A stretch of 64,000 nucleotides of DNA from Dehalococcoidales bacterium. Lineage in GTDB: Bacteria; Chloroflexota; Dehalococcoidia; Dehalococcoidales; RBG-16-60-22. The notes under the pieces are model-generated. The model was given only the letters and a program-made list of their open reading frames with translations. It ran no database searches and was not told the origin of the DNA. Below are positions 62,381-64,000 of this stretch, in pieces (position 1 is the first letter of the stretch; the number at the start of each line of letters is the position of its first letter). The stretch is from contig DAOULS010000007.1 in NCBI GenBank assembly GCA_034418415.1, positions 4,018 to 68,017 on the forward strand, given 5' to 3'. The translations under genes were made by a program, and so were the position numbers.

Positions 62381-64000
62381 TCAATAACTGCTCCAGAACT
62401 TGACCTGCGTTATCTTGAGCCGCAGGTCGCACTGGAGGCAGCGCTTTGCTTCACACTCTGCCGCTTTTTCATCGAGGTTCGCCACCACTTTGCAGAAGCT
62501 CTTCAGTCGCTTGTCAACCGGCGCGTACGCATCCCCGCAGCGTTCCAGCGACGCGAAACCGTCCTGTCGTCCCAGGTTTTTCTCCGGCTCGGTCGCCGGC
62601 GCCAGTGTCTCGTCGATATTGCCGTTCCCCCCGAGATACCTGTCCAGGGCGACCGCTGCTTTCCTGCCGGAGGCGATGGCTTTGATGACGGACGATGTGC
62701 CGTTGACCGCGTCCCCGGCGGCAAAAATCCCCTCTTTGCTGGTGGTAAAAGTAAACTCATCTACCTCTATCAGGTTGCCGGCTGCGGTGCTAAGCCCGAA
62801 ACCCTCCGGTATTTCCGGCCGCTGACCGATGGCGAATATCACGGTATCGGCTTCGATGACGTGCTGGGATTCCTCCCGCGTCTCGATTTGCGGAACTTTC
62901 TCCTCATTGAAGGTCAGCGATGTGACCTCCAGGCATTCCACTCCGGTTATCTTGCCGTTTTCCGTTAAAATGCGGGTAAAGGTCCGGGCGGGGTAAACCG
63001 TTATCCCCTCCTCCTCCCCCTGTTCTATTTCGTCGCTGGCGGCCGGCATCGTTTCCCTCGCTTCCAGGCAGGCCATCTTTACCGCCGACCCCAGCCGCCG
63101 CGCCGCCCGCGCGCAGTCGAAAGCCACGTTGCCTCCCCCCAGCACCAGTACCTTCCTGCCGATTTCTACCTTCTTCCCCAGGTTGATTTCCTTTAAAAAG
63201 TCGACGCCAATCAATACCCCGGCATTATCGGCGCCGGGAATCTTGAGTTTTTGTCCCTGGTGCGTTCCCACCGTCGCCACAACGCCGTCGTAGCCTGCTT
63301 CAAGAAGCTCATCGACGGACTCCACACGCGTGCCGGTCTTAATTTCCACGCCGATGTCTGCGACGCATTTTATCTCCCTGTCCAGCACCTCACGCGGCAG
63401 GCGGTATTCCGGGATGCCGGCGCGCAGCATGCCCCCGGCAAAGGGCAGCGCCTCGAATACCGTAACCTCATGTCTCTGCAAAGCCAGGTAATAAGCCGCC
63501 GTCAGCCCCGCCGGCCCCGCCCCGATGACCGCCGCTTTCTTGCCGGTAGCGGTTTTCCTCTCCGGTTTCAGGTCGTTTCCATCGTGTTCCGCCGCATAAC
63601 GTTTCAATTCTCTTATCGAGATAGGCTCATTTATCTCTCCGCGACGGCAGACGTCCTCGCAGGGACGGTCGCACACGTAGCCCAGTACCCCTGGGAAGGG
63701 CACTTTTTCTCTTATCACCGCCGCGGCGGCTTTATAGTCCTTTTCCCCGATGAAGCGCAGATAACGGGGGACATCTATTTCCGCTGGGCAGGTGTACCGA
63801 CACGGCAGCAGGGCCTGCTTCCTGTTTTTCCCCTTGGTCAGCTCTTCCTTATCCATGATGGCACCGCTGGGGCAGACCTCGGCGCATGCCCCGCAGAAGC
63901 GGCAGCCCGACTCCACCAGCGGCAGCCCGTTTTCTGTCCCGATATATTTCTCCTCGCCCTTAGTCTTTTCAACGAGTATCCCCACCCCCCGCAGGTCCTT
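62381..64000 (-). CDS. GltD/NfnB-like NAD(P)H-dependent Fe-S flavoprotein (N-terminus beyond the right edge)
   Basis: The reading frame stays open to the window end. It has ...CRFCGACAEVCPSGAI..., ...CPAEIDVPRYLRFI..., two dinucleotide motifs (AAVIGAGPAGLTAAYYLA and VLVLGGGNVAFDCA) and an extra Cys-containing C-terminal tail (...CEAKRCLQCDLRL...). Confidence 0.75.
   Translation of the reverse strand, partial: KDLRGVGILVEKTKGEEKYIGTENGLPLVESGCRFCGACAEVCPSGAIMDKEELTKGKNRKQALLPCRYTCPAEIDVPRYLRFIGEKDYKAAAAVIREKVPFPGVLGYVCDRPCEDVCRRGEINEPISIRELKRYAAEHDGNDLKPERKTATGKKAAVIGAGPAGLTAAYYLALQRHEVTVFEALPFAGGMLRAGIPEYRLPREVLDREIKCVADIGVEIKTGTRVESVDELLEAGYDGVVATVGTHQGQKLKIPGADNAGVLIGVDFLKEINLGKKVEIGRKVLVLGGGNVAFDCARAARRLGSAVKMACLEARETMPAASDEIEQGEEEGITVYPARTFTRILTENGKITGVECLEVTSLTFNEEKVPQIETREESQHVIEADTVIFAIGQRPEIPEGFGLSTAAGNLIEVDEFTFTTSKEGIFAAGDAVNGTSSVIKAIASGRKAAVALDRYLGGNGNIDETLAPATEPEKNLGRQDGFASLERCGDAYAPVDKRLKSFCKVVANLDEKAAECEAKRCLQCDLRLKITQVKFWSSY

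Overview
The window is mostly chromosomal core from a GC-rich organism. It looks like an anaerobic Chloroflexota/Dehalococcoidia-like bacterium; that is inference from gene content only, with no search run. I saw no CRISPR array, transposase, integrase or prophage genes.

Left to right:
- remA-gmk, then a stand-alone 5S rRNA with its own promoter.
- clpC, whose usual adjacency to radA is interrupted by genes for the membrane/biotin part of a Na+-translocating decarboxylase and by a lower-GC stretch.
- radA-ispD-ispF-cysS.
- A monocistronic DGQHR/ParB-like (DndB-like) gene.
- A cupin, a GT4 glycosyltransferase with a lipoprotein gene, and a TetR-ABC-2 exporter operon with a textbook promoter and operator.
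- A 736-aa cell-surface protein with a Pro/Thr linker and C-terminal membrane anchor.
- carAB.
- A nitrogen block on the minus strand: amt-glnK, an atypical orphan OmpR-type regulator, and a six-gene split 'archaeal-type' glutamate synthase operon.
- 22 tightly packed co-directional genes at 33.6-47.1 kb. They include a DUF134 regulator, two NifX-like proteins, two MinD-type ATPases with ferredoxin inserts, a cysteine-free Mrp/NBP35 ATPase, two DUF5320, two DUF364, two DUF169, a flavodoxin, a radical SAM/SPASM enzyme, methyltransferases, zinc-ribbon proteins and a ModA-like binding protein.
- tRNA-Val.
- A WYL regulator with a HiPIP-like mini-protein, a GyrI-like fusion and a divergent Fe-S UDG-like gene.
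- A LysR regulator with a corrinoid-protein/URO-D methyltransferase pair.
- An oxidoreductase-rich block: APS-reductase-like AprAB pair, PrpD-family protein, ATC-hydrolase-like protein, three SDRs, an FAD enzyme and a GltD-like Fe-S flavoprotein cut by the right edge.

The best candidate for an undescribed system is the 22-gene cluster, which I read as an uncharacterised metallocofactor maturation or handling system. All family calls come from motif recognition by eye and need HMM/BLAST confirmation. Many long ORFs in the supplied track are antisense shadows of real genes and were discarded.
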